Shown here: in pieces, positions 40,885 through 51,721 of the stretch
Numbering within the stretch: position 1 is the stretch's first letter
Layout: every line of letters begins with the position of its first letter
The notes under the pieces: model-generated
Seen by the model: the letters and a program-made list of their open reading frames with translations, nothing else
What the model was told of the DNA's origin: nothing
The model's database searches: none
From: Gallionella sp.
Lineage (GTDB): Bacteria > Pseudomonadota > Gammaproteobacteria > Burkholderiales > Gallionellaceae
NCBI GenBank assembly: GCA_028688275.1
Contig: JAQTYN010000003.1
Span: 1,358-65,357, forward strand
Reading direction: 5' to 3'
Length of the DNA stretch: 64,000 bases
Program-made: the position numbers and the translations under genes

Positions 40885-42087
40885 TTAGCTATAGCTCAAC
40901 CCCATCGCTTCCCGCACATCTCGCATGGTATCTGTTGCCAATTTGCGGGCTTTTTCGCAGCCGTCTGCGAGGATATTGCGGACTAAGGTGGGATCATCCA
41001 GATAGAGTTGGGCGCGTTCGCGCATGGGGCGTTGCTCCGCTAACACACCTTCAATTACGGGTTGCTTACATTCGATGCAGCCTATGCCCGCGCTGGTGCA
41101 GCCTTGGATCGCCCATTGCTTGGTCTCTTCATTGGAATACACTTGGTGCAGTTTCCAAACGGGACATTTTTCAGGATTGCCTGCATCCGTGCGACGTTGA
41201 CGCGCAGGGTCGGTGGGCATGGTGCGGATTTTCTTTGCCACGCTGGCTTCATCTTCACGCAAGGTAATAGTGTTGTTATAGGACTTAGACATTTTTTGTC
41301 CATCCAAGCCTGGCATACGCGATGCGGCGGTAAGCATGGCTTGTGGTTCAGACAAAATCATTTTGCCACTGCCTTCCAGATAGCCAAACAGGCGTTCGCG
41401 ATCCCCGTGATTCAAGCTTTGTTGCTCGTCCAACAAGGCTTTGGCGGAGGCTAGAGCCTCGTCATCGCCTTGTTCTTGATAGCGCGTGCGCAATTCGGCG
41501 TACAACTTGGCGCGCTTGCCGCCTAATTTTTTAATCGCCGCTTCAGCTTTTTCGACAAAACCGACTTCGCGTCCGTAGATGTGGTTAAAGCGGCGGGCAA
41601 TTTCACGGGTAAATTCAATATGCGGCACTTGGTCTTCGCCCACAGGCACTTGCGTGGCACGATAAATCAGAATATCCGCACTTTGTAGCAACGGATAACC
41701 CAAGAAGCCATATGTGCTTAAATCTTTGCCCGATAATTTTTCTTGTTGGTCTTTATAAGTCGGCATCCGTTCCAACCAACCCAAAGGCGTAATCATCGAC
41801 AACAGCAAATGCAGCTCGGCGTGTTCTGGTACGCGAGATTGAATAAACAAGGTCGCATGTGCAGGATCTACACCCGCCGCCAACCAATCCACCACCATGT
41901 CCCACACGCTTTGTTCAATCACTTGTGGCGTGTCGTAATGGGTGGTCAGTGCGTGCCAATCCGCCACAAAAAACAGGCACTCAAACTCGTGCTGCATTTG
42001 TACCCAATTTTTCAATACACCGTGGTAATGCCCTAAATGCAAACTCCCCGTGGGACGCATCCCCGATAACACGCGATCAGCAAACAT
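40885..42087 (-). CDS. trpS: Tryptophan--tRNA ligase
   Basis: SGMRPTGSLHLGH (HIGH), VPVGEDQ and KMSKS. Confidence 0.98.
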   Translation of the reverse strand: MFADRVLSGMRPTGSLHLGHYHGVLKNWVQMQHEFECLFFVADWHALTTHYDTPQVIEQSVWDMVVDWLAAGVDPAHATLFIQSRVPEHAELHLLLSMITPLGWLERMPTYKDQQEKLSGKDLSTYGFLGYPLLQSADILIYRATQVPVGEDQVPHIEFTREIARRFNHIYGREVGFVEKAEAAIKKLGGKRAKLYAELRTRYQEQGDDEALASAKALLDEQQSLNHGDRERLFGYLEGSGKMILSEPQAMLTAASRMPGLDGQKMSKSYNNTITLREDEASVAKKIRTMPTDPARQRRTDAGNPEKCPVWKLHQVYSNEETKQWAIQGCTSAGIGCIECKQPVIEGVLAEQRPMRERAQLYLDDPTLVRNILADGCEKARKLATDTMRDVREAMGLSYS

Positions 42088-42092
42088 AGCTC

Positions 42093-42740
42093 TTAAAGTC
42101 CAAATAACATAAAAATAAAACGTCTTACCCCATCAACTAACGGGAATAAAACCATGCCCAACACATTCGTAACCGCCAACCCAATCAGAATCCAAATACC
42201 ATAAGGCTCAATTTTTGCCAATTGAAACGCTTGGCGATGAGGCAATAAACTGACCAAAATGCGACCACCATCCAGTGGCGGTAAGGGGATTAAATTCAAT
42301 ACCAACAGGATGACATTGATATAAATACCAATTTCCGCCATCTGCAATAGGGGAGAGGCAAAATAATTTTCGGGAAATAGCCATGCCAATTTATAAAACA
42401 ACGCCCACATTAACGCCATCACCAAATTGGAGCCTGGCCCTGCCAGCGCGACCCATAACATATCTTTTTTGGGATGGCGTAAATTAGCAAAATTCACTGG
42501 CACAGGTTTTGCCCAACCAAATGGCAGATTAAACGCCCACAGAGTCAGCAGCGGCAACAGGATGGTGCCGAAGGGTTCAATATGATGTAAAGGATTGAAA
42601 CTGGTGCGACCTAATTGATACGCGGTCATGTCACCAAAATACTTGGCTGCATAAGCGTGTGCAGCCTCGTGTACGGTAATCGCAAATAAGATGGGAATCG
42701 CGGCAATACTAACGACTTGAATAAATTGGTCAATCTGCAT
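42093..42740 (-). CDS. Site-2 protease family (M50) metalloprotease
   Basis: HEAAH, GWAKPVPV, AGPGSN and NLIPLPPLDGG. Confidence 0.95.
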   Translation of the reverse strand: MQIDQFIQVVSIAAIPILFAITVHEAAHAYAAKYFGDMTAYQLGRTSFNPLHHIEPFGTILLPLLTLWAFNLPFGWAKPVPVNFANLRHPKKDMLWVALAGPGSNLVMALMWALFYKLAWLFPENYFASPLLQMAEIGIYINVILLVLNLIPLPPLDGGRILVSLLPHRQAFQLAKIEPYGIWILIGLAVTNVLGMVLFPLVDGVRRFIFMLFGL

Positions 42741-43063
42741 AATGGTGATTTGGATTTTTGGAGCGGGCTAATTCTGACAGTTGTGACGGGGATAAGCAAT
42801 GCACAATCAAATTTGGATGCCATCCCCTCCCTCAATTGCAAATCAAATCACATTGTTGGCCATATCCATTCAAAAGAGAATGCAATCTTGTTAGGAAAAT
42901 TTTCTTGGCGAGCCGTGTTAATGCAGCATTTAAGCGATTACGAAATCAACTAGGGTAGATTTTACGTCGGTGAAAGTCTGTGTAGACCACTTACTGATCC
43001 CGCAAGGTGGGCACAAAGCTATTAGCCGCACCCACAATGAGATTGTATATTTTTAAAGATATC

Positions 43064-43279
43064 TTATTTCGCTTGCTGATTTTCATGAGCAATTGCACAA
43101 GGGCTATTCATCAAGCAGCCTGCGCCGAACCCCAGCGAACCAATCGCAACAACGATAAATACCATACCAATCGCACTTGCACCGCTGCTGAATGCCAGTA
43201 TCACAGAAGCGAATGAAACTGCAAACATGATGGTAGCTCTTGAAAGCACTGTTTTCCGCGATTTAATTTGTTCTGCCAT
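43064..43279 (-). CDS. Small hypothetical membrane protein (71 aa)
   Basis: Strong GGAGGAGA RBS and two hydrophobic segments. Confidence 0.6.
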   Translation of the reverse strand: MAEQIKSRKTVLSRATIMFAVSFASVILAFSSGASAIGMVFIVVAIGSLGFGAGCLMNSPCAIAHENQQAK

Positions 43280-43516
43280 GATTTTTCTCCTCCGAGGTTT
43301 GAAATTATGTTGCGTTCTACACAACAAATTGAAATTCTACCGCAATATGTTGGTTACCTAAGGATAATTTTAGCGAAGTAATCACCGTATTTACTTTGCT
43401 ATTCAAAATTGATACTGAATGAGAGCAATTTCTCAATGACATAGAATTCCCCAGCCCAGCCTCGGCGTGGTAAACTTGCGCGCTGTTTTTTGCGCACCTT
43501 TAATCACACCGAAATC

Positions 43517-46108
43517 ATGGATCAATTCGCTAAAGAAACCCTCCCCGTTAGTTTAGAAGAAGAAATGCGCAAGTCCTACTTGGACTACGCGATGAGTGTC
43601 ATTGTTGGGCGTGCTTTGCCAGACGTGCGCGATGGCTTAAAACCCGTGCATCGACGCGTGTTATTTGCCATGCACGAATTGTCCAACGACTGGAATCGTG
43701 CCTACAAAAAATCGGCGCGTATCGTCGGTGACGTGATTGGTAAATACCATCCGCATGGCGATACCGCCGTGTATGACACCATCGTTCGGATGGCGCAGCC
43801 GTTTTCCTTGCGCTATACCTTGGTCGATGGGCAAGGTAACTTCGGCTCAGTCGATGGTGATAATGCGGCGGCGATGCGTTATACCGAAATCCGTATGTCG
43901 CGGATTGCACACGAATTATTGGCGGACTTGGATAAAGAAACCGTCAACTTCGGACCGAACTATGATGGCTCGGAACATGAGCCGCTGGTTTTCCCTGCGC
44001 GTTTCCCCAATTTGCTGGTCAATGGTTCATCTGGGATTGCTGTGGGTATGGCGACCAATATTCCGCCGCACAATATGGGCGAAGTGGTCGATGCTTGCTT
44101 GGCGTTGCTGCAAAATCCAGAGATGGATATTGAGCAACTGATTGAGCTGGTGCCAGCCCCCGACTTCCCTACGGGTGGCTTTATTTATGGTTTGACGGGT
44201 GTCAAAGAAGGTTATCGCACGGGACGTGGTCGCGTAGTAATGCGTGGACGCACTCACTTTGAAGACATCGGCAAAGGCGGCGATCGCCAAGCGATTATCA
44301 TTGACGAGCTGCCTTACCAAGTGAACAAAGCGAACTTGCTGATTAAAGTCGGCGAGTTGGTACGCGAAAAACGTCTGGAAGGTATTTCTGAAATCCGTGA
44401 TGAATCGGATAAATCAGGGATGCGCGCCGTCATTGAACTGAAACGCGGCGAAAACGCGGAAGTCGTGCTCAACAAGCTGTACAAAGACACCCAGTTGCAA
44501 GACAGTTTTGGCATCAATATGGTGGCGATTGTCGATGGTCAGCCTAAGCTGCTGAATCTTAAACAGGTAATAGATGCGTTCTTGCGTCATCGTCGCGAAG
44601 TGGTCACCCGCCGTACGATTTTTGAATTGCGCAAAGCGCGTGATCGCGGTCATATTCTGGAAGGGCTGGCAGTCGCTTTATCTAATGTCGATGAAATCAT
44701 CGCGCTGATTAAAGCGGCTCCTACACCAGCAGATGCGAAACGCGAATTGATGGCGCGTACTTGGCGTTCTGCCTTGGTGGAAGAAATGTTGAGCCGTGTC
44801 AGCGATGCTTCCCGCCCTGAAAACCTGTTGGCAATTTACGGCATGGTGGGCGAAGGCGAAAATCGCGCCTATCGTTTGTCGGATATTCAAGCACAAGCGA
44901 TTTTGGAATTGCGTTTGCAACGGCTGACTGGGCTGGAACAAGACAAAATCGTCGGCGAATATCGCGATGTGATGGATAAGATCGCGGATTTGTTGGATAT
45001 TTTGGCGACACCTGCCCGCGTCACGCAAATTATTCAAGATGAGCTGATCGCCGTTAAAACCCAATTTGGCGACAAACGCCGCAGCGAAATTATCACGCAC
45101 ACGCATGATATGAGCATGGAAGACCTGATCGCACCTGAAGACGTGGTGGTCACTTTGTCGCACAGCGGCTATATGAAGGCGCAAAAGCTGGACGAATATC
45201 GCGCGCAAAAACGTGGCGGTCGCGGCAAGCAAGCCACGGCGACCAAAGAAGATGATTTCATTGATAATTTGTTTATCGCTAACACGCACAACTTTATTTT
45301 GTGCTTCTCCAACAAAGGGCGCGTGTATTGGTTGAAAGTGTATGAAGTGCCGCAAGGTAGTCGTGCTGCACGCGGCAAGCCGATTGTGAATCTGCTGCCT
45401 TTGGATGCGGATGAAAAAATCAATGCAATTCTGCCTGTAACGGAATTTGTCGAAGATAAATTTATTTTCTTCGCGACTTCTAGCGGCACAGTGAAGAAAA
45501 CAGCCTTGTCGCAGTTCGCCAACCCCCGTAAAGCGGGCATCATTGCTATTTCGCTGGATGAAAATGACTTCCTGATAGGCGTGGCGTTGACCGACGGCAA
45601 ACATGATGTGATGTTGTTCTCCGACAGTGGCAAGGCCGTGCGCTTTGATGAAAACGATGTGCGCTCCATGGGTCGTGATACCCGTGGCGTGCGTGGTATG
45701 AAATTGATGGAAGGACAAAGCGTCATTTCCTTGTTGGTCGCTGAAAATGAACAACAAAGCGTGTTGACCGCCACTGAAAATGGTTTCGGTAAACGCAGCC
45801 CTATCGTGGAATACACCCGTCATGGACGCGGCACACAAGGCATGATTGCGATTTCAACCAGCAAACGCAATGGCAAAGTGGTTGCGGCAACCTTGGTGAA
45901 TCCTGAAGATGAAATCATGCTGATCGGCACCAGCGGCGTATTGATCCGTACTCGCGTGAAAGAAATCCGCGAAATGGGTCGTGCCGCGCAAGGTGTGACG
46001 CTGATGAATATGGATAAGGGTGAGAAGTTGGCTGGTTTGAGCCGCATTGCCGAAGCGGGCGATGAGGATGATGAAGATGCAACACCACAAGCGTCGCTGA
46101 CCCTATAA
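43517..46108 (+). CDS. gyrA: DNA gyrase subunit A
   Basis: [19 protein letters not shown] (catalytic Tyr) and GyrA-box QKRGGRG. Confidence 0.99.
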   Translation: MDQFAKETLPVSLEEEMRKSYLDYAMSVIVGRALPDVRDGLKPVHRRVLFAMHELSNDWNRAYKKSARIVGDVIGKYHPHGDTAVYDTIVRMAQPFSLRYTLVDGQGNFGSVDGDNAAAMRYTEIRMSRIAHELLADLDKETVNFGPNYDGSEHEPLVFPARFPNLLVNGSSGIAVGMATNIPPHNMGEVVDACLALLQNPEMDIEQLIELVPAPDFPTGGFIYGLTGVKEGYRTGRGRVVMRGRTHFEDIGKGGDRQAIIIDELPYQVNKANLLIKVGELVREKRLEGISEIRDESDKSGMRAVIELKRGENAEVVLNKLYKDTQLQDSFGINMVAIVDGQPKLLNLKQVIDAFLRHRREVVTRRTIFELRKARDRGHILEGLAVALSNVDEIIALIKAAPTPADAKRELMARTWRSALVEEMLSRVSDASRPENLLAIYGMVGEGENRAYRLSDIQAQAILELRLQRLTGLEQDKIVGEYRDVMDKIADLLDILATPARVTQIIQDELIAVKTQFGDKRRSEIITHTHDMSMEDLIAPEDVVVTLSHSGYMKAQKLDEYRAQKRGGRGKQATATKEDDFIDNLFIANTHNFILCFSNKGRVYWLKVYEVPQGSRAARGKPIVNLLPLDADEKINAILPVTEFVEDKFIFFATSSGTVKKTALSQFANPRKAGIIAISLDENDFLIGVALTDGKHDVMLFSDSGKAVRFDENDVRSMGRDTRGVRGMKLMEGQSVISLLVAENEQQSVLTATENGFGKRSPIVEYTRHGRGTQGMIAISTSKRNGKVVAATLVNPEDEIMLIGTSGVLIRTRVKEIREMGRAAQGVTLMNMDKGEKLAGLSRIAEAGDEDDEDATPQASLTL

Positions 46109-46135
46109 CGAATTGACAACTCTGGAGTACACAAC

Positions 46136-47215
46136 ATGACGATTTACAACTTTAGTGCAGGTCCTGCGGTATTACCAAAAGAAGTGTTGCAACAAGCGCA
46201 AGCTGAAATGATGGATTGGAACGGCAGCGGTATGTCGGTGATGGAAATGTCCCATCGCGGCAAAGAGTTTATGGGTATCGCGGCACAAGCTGAAGCAGAT
46301 TTGCGCGAATTGATGGGTATTCCTGCCAATTACAAAGTGTTGTTTTTGCAAGGCGGCGCGAGTCAGCAATTTGCCATGATCCCTATGAATCTATTGCGTG
46401 GCAAAGCTTCGGCGGATTTCTTAAATACGGGGGAATGGTCGAAAAAAGCGATTTCCGAAGCCAAAAAATTCGGTGCGGTGAATGTGGTCGCGACCAGTGC
46501 TGACAAAAACTTCTCGTATGTGCCTGAATTTGCTACATGGAAATGCGACCCGAATGCAGCGTATTTGCATTTCACCCCGAACGAAACCATCGGCGGCGTA
46601 GAGTTTGCTTGGTTGCCAACGGTTGATGTGCCGCTGGTGGCGGATATGTCGTCCTGTATCTTGTCGCGTCCAGTGGATGTGTCGAAATATGGCTTGATTT
46701 ACGCAGGCGCGCAAAAGAACATTGGGCCAGCGGGCTTGACCATCGTCATCGTTCGCGAAGATTTGATCGGGCAAACCGTGGCAGGTACGCCGACGATGTT
46801 GGACTATAAAACCCACGCCGACAATGATTCGATGTACAACACGCCGCCGACTTACGGCATCTACATCGCGGGGCTGGTGTTCCAATTGCTGAAACGCAAA
46901 GGCGGCATCGCGGCGATGGAGCAAACCAATATTGCCAAAGCGAATTTGTTGTACGCAGCAATTGATGGCAGCAACGGCTTCTACAACTGCCCAACTGCGT
47001 TGGAAAATCGTTCACGGATGAACATTCCGTTTACCTTGAAAGACAGCAGTCTAGACGGCGCATTTGTGAAACAAGCCGAAGCCGCAGGGCTGTTGCAATT
47101 GAAGGGTCACCGTTCCGTTGGCGGGATGCGTGCCTCGATTTACAACGCCATGCCGTTGGAAGGCGTGCAAGCCTTGGTCACTTTTATGCAGGCTTTCGCT
47201 GCCCAACACGCTTAA
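46136..47215 (+). CDS. serC: Phosphoserine aminotransferase
   Basis: [20 protein letters not shown] and [15 protein letters not shown]. Confidence 0.99.
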   Translation: MTIYNFSAGPAVLPKEVLQQAQAEMMDWNGSGMSVMEMSHRGKEFMGIAAQAEADLRELMGIPANYKVLFLQGGASQQFAMIPMNLLRGKASADFLNTGEWSKKAISEAKKFGAVNVVATSADKNFSYVPEFATWKCDPNAAYLHFTPNETIGGVEFAWLPTVDVPLVADMSSCILSRPVDVSKYGLIYAGAQKNIGPAGLTIVIVREDLIGQTVAGTPTMLDYKTHADNDSMYNTPPTYGIYIAGLVFQLLKRKGGIAAMEQTNIAKANLLYAAIDGSNGFYNCPTALENRSRMNIPFTLKDSSLDGAFVKQAEAAGLLQLKGHRSVGGMRASIYNAMPLEGVQALVTFMQAFAAQHA

Positions 47216-47233
47216 ACCACGGAGCGCGCTGCC

Positions 47234-48412
47234 ATGACTTATCGCATCCTCACCTTAAACAAAATTTCCAGCCTAGGCTTGAAACGTTTTCCTGCTGAAT
47301 CGTATCAAGTCGGCACGAACATCACCGAACCCGATGCGATTTTGGTGCGTTCGCAAGGTATGCACGACATGGAAATTCCCGCCAGCGTCAAAGCGATTGC
47401 GCGTGCGGGTGCGGGTACGAACAATGTGCCTGTCGCCAAGATGACTGCGCGTGGTATTCCTGTGTTTAATGCGGCAGGTGCGAATGCCAATGCAGTCAAA
47501 GAGTTAGTGTTGGCAGGCATGTTATTGGCGGCGCGCAACATTGTGCCCGCACTGCAATTTACCGCTGGGCTGCAAGGTGATGACGCGTCTATGCACAAAC
47601 AGGTCGAGGACGGCAAAAAGCATTTTGCAGGAACAGAATTGCGTGGCAGAACCTTGGGCATTGTCGGGCTGGGTGCGATTGGGCGATTGGTAGCCGATAC
47701 AGCCTTGGGGCTGGGCATGCATGTATATGGCTTTGATCCCGCGCTGACCGTGGATGCAGCATGGAGTTTGTCTTCGCAAGTGAAGAAAGCTCACACGGTA
47801 GAAGAGCTGTTGAAACACAGCGATTTCGTCACCCTACATGTGCCGCTACTGGATGCCACGCGTGGCTTAATCAATACCACACGCATACAAGGTATGAAGT
47901 CAGGCAGCGTGTTGTTGAATTTCTCTCGCGATGCCATTGTCGATAGTGACGCGGTATTGGCAAGTTTGGCAGCGAAACATCTGCGCAGCTATGTCTGTGA
48001 TTTCCCTGCACAAAATCTGCAAAATCAAGCCAATGTCATCACATTGCCGCATCTGGGTGCTTCCACCGAAGAAGCGGAAGAAAATTGCGCCGTGATGGTG
48101 GTGGATCAAGTGCGCGAGTATTTGGAACATGGCAATATTACCAATACGGTGAATTTTCCGACGGTGGTGATGCCGCGTGAATCCTCGCATCGCTTGGCGA
48201 TTGCCAATGCCAATGTGCCGAATATGTTGGGGCAAATTTCCACCGCTTTGGCGAACGCGGGCATTAACATTCACAATATGATGAACAAATCGCGGGGCGA
48301 TATGGCTTACACCTTGGTCGATAGCGACAGCGCGTTGCCAGCCGAGCTGCTTGCCCATATTGCCGCGATTTCGGGTGTGCTGATGGTGCGCGCTTTGCCT
48401 TTGCCTGAATAA
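47234..48412 (+). CDS. serA: D-3-phosphoglycerate dehydrogenase with C-terminal ACT domain
   Basis: ARAGAGTNN, GIVGLGAIG, LHVPL and PHLGASTEEAE. Confidence 0.92.
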   Translation: MTYRILTLNKISSLGLKRFPAESYQVGTNITEPDAILVRSQGMHDMEIPASVKAIARAGAGTNNVPVAKMTARGIPVFNAAGANANAVKELVLAGMLLAARNIVPALQFTAGLQGDDASMHKQVEDGKKHFAGTELRGRTLGIVGLGAIGRLVADTALGLGMHVYGFDPALTVDAAWSLSSQVKKAHTVEELLKHSDFVTLHVPLLDATRGLINTTRIQGMKSGSVLLNFSRDAIVDSDAVLASLAAKHLRSYVCDFPAQNLQNQANVITLPHLGASTEEAEENCAVMVVDQVREYLEHGNITNTVNFPTVVMPRESSHRLAIANANVPNMLGQISTALANAGINIHNMMNKSRGDMAYTLVDSDSALPAELLAHIAAISGVLMVRALPLPE

Positions 48413-48416
48413 ACGA

Positions 48417-48445
48417 GTAGGGTGGATAAGTGCAACGCATCCACC
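48417..48445 (+). repeat. GTAG-type REP
   Basis: GTAGGGTGGATAAGTGCAACGCATCCACC. Confidence 0.8.
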
Positions 48446-48515
48446 ATTTTTGCAATAAGCACCTATTCCTAAAGTTTTCGTGGATTGTCCACTACGCAAA
48501 ATTAAAGCGGATAAC

Positions 48516-48577
48516 GTAGGAGCGCAATTTATTGCGCGAGCTTTGACGTGAAATCGCGCAATAAATTGCGCTCCTAC
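48516..48577. repeat. Perfect GTAG REP doublet (REPIN-like)
   Basis: GTAGGAGCGCAATTTATTGCGCG..CGCGCAATAAATTGCGCTCCTAC, a 23-bp perfect inverted repeat. Confidence 0.9.
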
Positions 48578-48581
48578 ACCC

Positions 48582-48610
48582 CTAACGACTAGCAACTAAC
48601 GACTAACGAC
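48582..48610. repeat. Heptamer tandem repeat (CTAACGA family)
   Basis: CTAACGA CTAGCAA CTAACGA CTAACGA. Confidence 0.75.
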
Positions 48611-48621
48611 CACCACCGCTT

Positions 48622-49686
48622 ATGAGCGATAACTTGAAAGAATGCCGCGATCACATTGATCGCATTGATGCCGACATGTTGGCATTGTTAAACCAGCGTG
48701 CGACTTGGGCGCAGCGCATTGGGCATCTAAAAAATAGCGATGTGGTATTGCGCCCTGAGCGCGAAGCCCAAGTAATCCGCCGTTTGCAAGGTTTGAATGC
48801 AGGCCCGCTAAGCAATGCTGCCATTTCTGCTTTGTTTATCGAAGTCATGTCGCAATGTCGTGCTTTGGAAGCCCCAATGACCGTTGCGTATCTCGGCCCC
48901 GCAGGAACCTTTAGTGAAGCAGCGGCGTTCAAACGCTTTGGAACCGCCATCAAAGGCGAGTTATGCAGCACTTTTGACGAAGTGTTCCGCGCGGTGGAAG
49001 CGGGTGAAGTCAATTACGGGATTGTCCCTGTGGAAAACTCCACCGAAGGTGCTGTTGGGCATACTTTGGATTTATTGCTCAACAGTCCTTTGCAGGTGTG
49101 TGGCGAAGTGATGTTGCCCATTCACCAATGTTTAATGGCGAAAGATGGCGACATCAGTGCGATTCAAACCGTGTATTCCCACCCGCAATCCTTGGGACAA
49201 TGCCAAACGTGGCTCAATACCCATTTGCCCCACGCGCAACGCTTGACTGTTAGCAGCAATGCCGAAGCGGCTCGTTTAGTGGCGCAACAACCCAATTGCG
49301 CGGCAATTGCGGGGAAACAAGCGGCGGAATTATTTGGACTGGATGTGGTCGTGGAAAATATAGAAGACGATCCGCGCAATACCACGCGCTTTTTAGTCTT
49401 GGGCAATCAAAATATTGCCTCCTCTGGCAAAGACAAAACTTCGTTAGTGCTATCCGCTGCCAACCGCCCTGGTGCCGTGCATGAACTACTGATGCCATTG
49501 GCAAAGTATGGGGTAAGCATGACCAAACTCGAATCTCGTCCCGCAGGTTCGGGACTGTGGGAATATGTCTTTTACATGGACATTGAAGGTCATCAAGCGG
49601 ACGAATCCGTTGCCCCCGCATTGGCAGAGTTGAAACAATCTGCCGCGTTCGTCAAAATTTTAGGTTCATACCCTGTCGCAGTTTAA
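48622..49686 (+). CDS. pheA: Chorismate mutase/prephenate dehydratase
   Basis: RDHIDRID, YLGPAGTFSE, PVENSTEG, NTTRF and LESRP. Confidence 0.98.
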   Translation: MSDNLKECRDHIDRIDADMLALLNQRATWAQRIGHLKNSDVVLRPEREAQVIRRLQGLNAGPLSNAAISALFIEVMSQCRALEAPMTVAYLGPAGTFSEAAAFKRFGTAIKGELCSTFDEVFRAVEAGEVNYGIVPVENSTEGAVGHTLDLLLNSPLQVCGEVMLPIHQCLMAKDGDISAIQTVYSHPQSLGQCQTWLNTHLPHAQRLTVSSNAEAARLVAQQPNCAAIAGKQAAELFGLDVVVENIEDDPRNTTRFLVLGNQNIASSGKDKTSLVLSAANRPGAVHELLMPLAKYGVSMTKLESRPAGSGLWEYVFYMDIEGHQADESVAPALAELKQSAAFVKILGSYPVAV

Positions 49687-49708
49687 GCGACTTTTCTGGA
49701 GTGCAATC

Positions 49709-50482
49709 ATGGCAATGCCACAACTAGACTGGGACGTTGAGTTCCTCAAAAACAATCCTATATTGCAGGATGAAAACTATGGCATTCCGCCTGAATCAAA
49801 ACATATTGCTTATCCTATTCGCCTCGTACGCTATTGGTTTATTTACCATTTTCTGCGCGAAGACGCGGCGCGTAAGGGGCCATTGGATGTATGTGAAATT
49901 GGCGTGGATGTCGGGCAAATGCACGGTTTCATGGATGCTGCCGCAAAAAATGGTGGCGATAAAGTGTCTTTGTCCAGCTGGGATGCGGTAGATGCGTTTA
50001 TCCGCGAAGACATTTTGCGCCGTGCAGGCTATGGCAAATTCTACGAAGTCGATTTGGAAAGTCCTGAATTTACTTTGGATGAGAAAAAATACGACGCGAT
50101 GATTTTGTTGCACGTGTTAGAACACTTGTATGAACCCGAAGTACTGATGAGCAAAATTGTCGGCAATCTCAAGCCTGGTGGCATGATGATAGGAGGATTT
50201 CCTTCTTTACCTAACAGCATGGTCGCTAGCCGAGAAGCCACGCTGCGCGCTACTCGACGTAAATTTGCCCACGTCAGCGTGTTTTCACCAGAACGTGTGC
50301 GTGCGATGGCAAAATCCAATGGTTTGGAAGTTGAGTTTTTGTCTGGTGCATTCTTTATGCGCAAAAAAGGCTTCTTCTTAGAAAACAGCAAACTCTGGTT
50401 CCGTTTTAACTTGTGGTTCGGTGCCCTCTTCCCGAGCTGGCCAGGCGAAACTTATTGGATTTTGCGTAAACCTGCTAAATAA
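49709..50482 (+). CDS. Class I SAM-dependent methyltransferase
   Basis: Motif I-like CEIGVDVG, YDAMILLHVLEHL and LKPGG. Confidence 0.85.
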   Translation: MAMPQLDWDVEFLKNNPILQDENYGIPPESKHIAYPIRLVRYWFIYHFLREDAARKGPLDVCEIGVDVGQMHGFMDAAAKNGGDKVSLSSWDAVDAFIREDILRRAGYGKFYEVDLESPEFTLDEKKYDAMILLHVLEHLYEPEVLMSKIVGNLKPGGMMIGGFPSLPNSMVASREATLRATRRKFAHVSVFSPERVRAMAKSNGLEVEFLSGAFFMRKKGFFLENSKLWFRFNLWFGALFPSWPGETYWILRKPAK

Positions 50483-50487
50483 GTAAG

Positions 50488-50589
50488 CTCCTTCCCCCTC
50501 GCAGGGAGAAGGCTGGGATGGGGGTTGACGGGTTGCATGAGTTGAATTTTTCTACCCCCACCCTAGCCCTCCCCCTGCAAGGGGGTGGG
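50488..50589. repeat. CCCTCCCCC-family palindromic repeat, copy D
   Basis: Nested hairpins similar to 37178-37299. Confidence 0.8.
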
Positions 50590-50617
50590 TAAGTACACCA
50601 CCTCATTTATGATCACC

Positions 50618-51721
50618 ATGAACTACACCGAATTAGCTCCTGCATACATCCGCGCTATTGCGCCGTATCAACCTGGCAAGCCCATTTCTGAATTAGAACG
50701 AGAATTGGGTATTACAGGCATCGTCAAGTTAGCGTCCAATGAAAATCCGTTGGGTGCCAGTCCAAAAGCCATTGCCGCCGCCCGTGCTGCGTTAGATGAA
50801 ATTGGCTTGTATCCAGATGGCAACGGTTTTGCGCTAAAAGACGCGTTGGTGCAACGCTATGGCGTAGCGCACAACCAAGTTGTGTTGGGTAATGGCTCCA
50901 ATGATGTGTTGGAATTGGTCGCCCACGCCTTTTTGACCATCGGCGATAAAGCCGTGTTTTCCGATCATGCTTTTGCCGTGTATCCACTGGCAACGCAAGC
51001 CGTGGGCGCGACGGGTATCAGTGTTCCCGCAATAGACTTTGGTCATGATTTGGATGCAATGCGTATCGCGGCGGTGGACAACGGCGCGAAGGTGATTTTT
51101 ATTGCCAATCCCAATAATCCCACGGGCACGTTTTTGACGGGCGAGGCGTTGCATCAATTCTTGCGTGATTTACCTAGCCATATTTTAGTGGTGCTGGACG
51201 AAGCTTATAACGAATATCTGCCGATCGAATGCCGTTATGACAGCGTCAGTTGGTTAGCAGAATTTCCCAATTTGTTGATTTCGCGAACTTTCTCCAAGGC
51301 TTATGGCTTGGCTTCGTTGCGAGTTGGGTATGGTTTGGGTAATGCGCAAGTGATTGACATGATTAACCGTGTGCGTCAGCCGTTCAACGTCAATGCCATG
51401 GCGCAAGCTGCTGCGGTTGCCGCGCTTAATGATGCGGATTTTGTGCAGCGCACTTTTGCGTTGAATCAACAAGGTATGGCACAAATTACCCAAGGATTGA
51501 ATGCGTTAGGGCTGAACTACATTCCGTCTTACGGCAATTTCGTCGCCTTTCATGTCCCCAACGCAGCGGGTATTTACCGCCGTTTATTGGAGCTCGGCGT
51601 GATTGTGCGCCCCATTGGAAACTACGCGATGCCCGACTATTTGCGGGTCAGTATCGGATTAGCAACACAGAATGAAAAATTTTTAGCTGTCTTGAAAACA
51701 GCATTAGGAGAAACAGCATGA
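50618..51721 (+). CDS. hisC: Histidinol-phosphate aminotransferase
   Basis: KLASNENP, NPNNPTG, LDEAY and RTFSKAYGLASLRVGY. Confidence 0.98.
   Translation: MNYTELAPAYIRAIAPYQPGKPISELERELGITGIVKLASNENPLGASPKAIAAARAALDEIGLYPDGNGFALKDALVQRYGVAHNQVVLGNGSNDVLELVAHAFLTIGDKAVFSDHAFAVYPLATQAVGATGISVPAIDFGHDLDAMRIAAVDNGAKVIFIANPNNPTGTFLTGEALHQFLRDLPSHILVVLDEAYNEYLPIECRYDSVSWLAEFPNLLISRTFSKAYGLASLRVGYGLGNAQVIDMINRVRQPFNVNAMAQAAAVAALNDADFVQRTFALNQQGMAQITQGLNALGLNYIPSYGNFVAFHVPNAAGIYRRLLELGVIVRPIGNYAMPDYLRVSIGLATQNEKFLAVLKTALGETA

Noticed and set aside
42970-43040. c-di-GMP-I riboswitch-like text (..GCAAGGTGGGCACAAAGC..)
   Set aside because: It lacks the conserved GGCAAAC/tetraloop-receptor layout and is better explained as a degenerate GTGGGCAC/GTGCCCAC REP hairpin.
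44678-45838. Long antisense ORFs (386 aa opposite gyrA, 269 aa opposite metZ at 28552-29361, and many others)
   Set aside because: They are shadow frames of well-conserved genes with no RBS or recognisable motifs.
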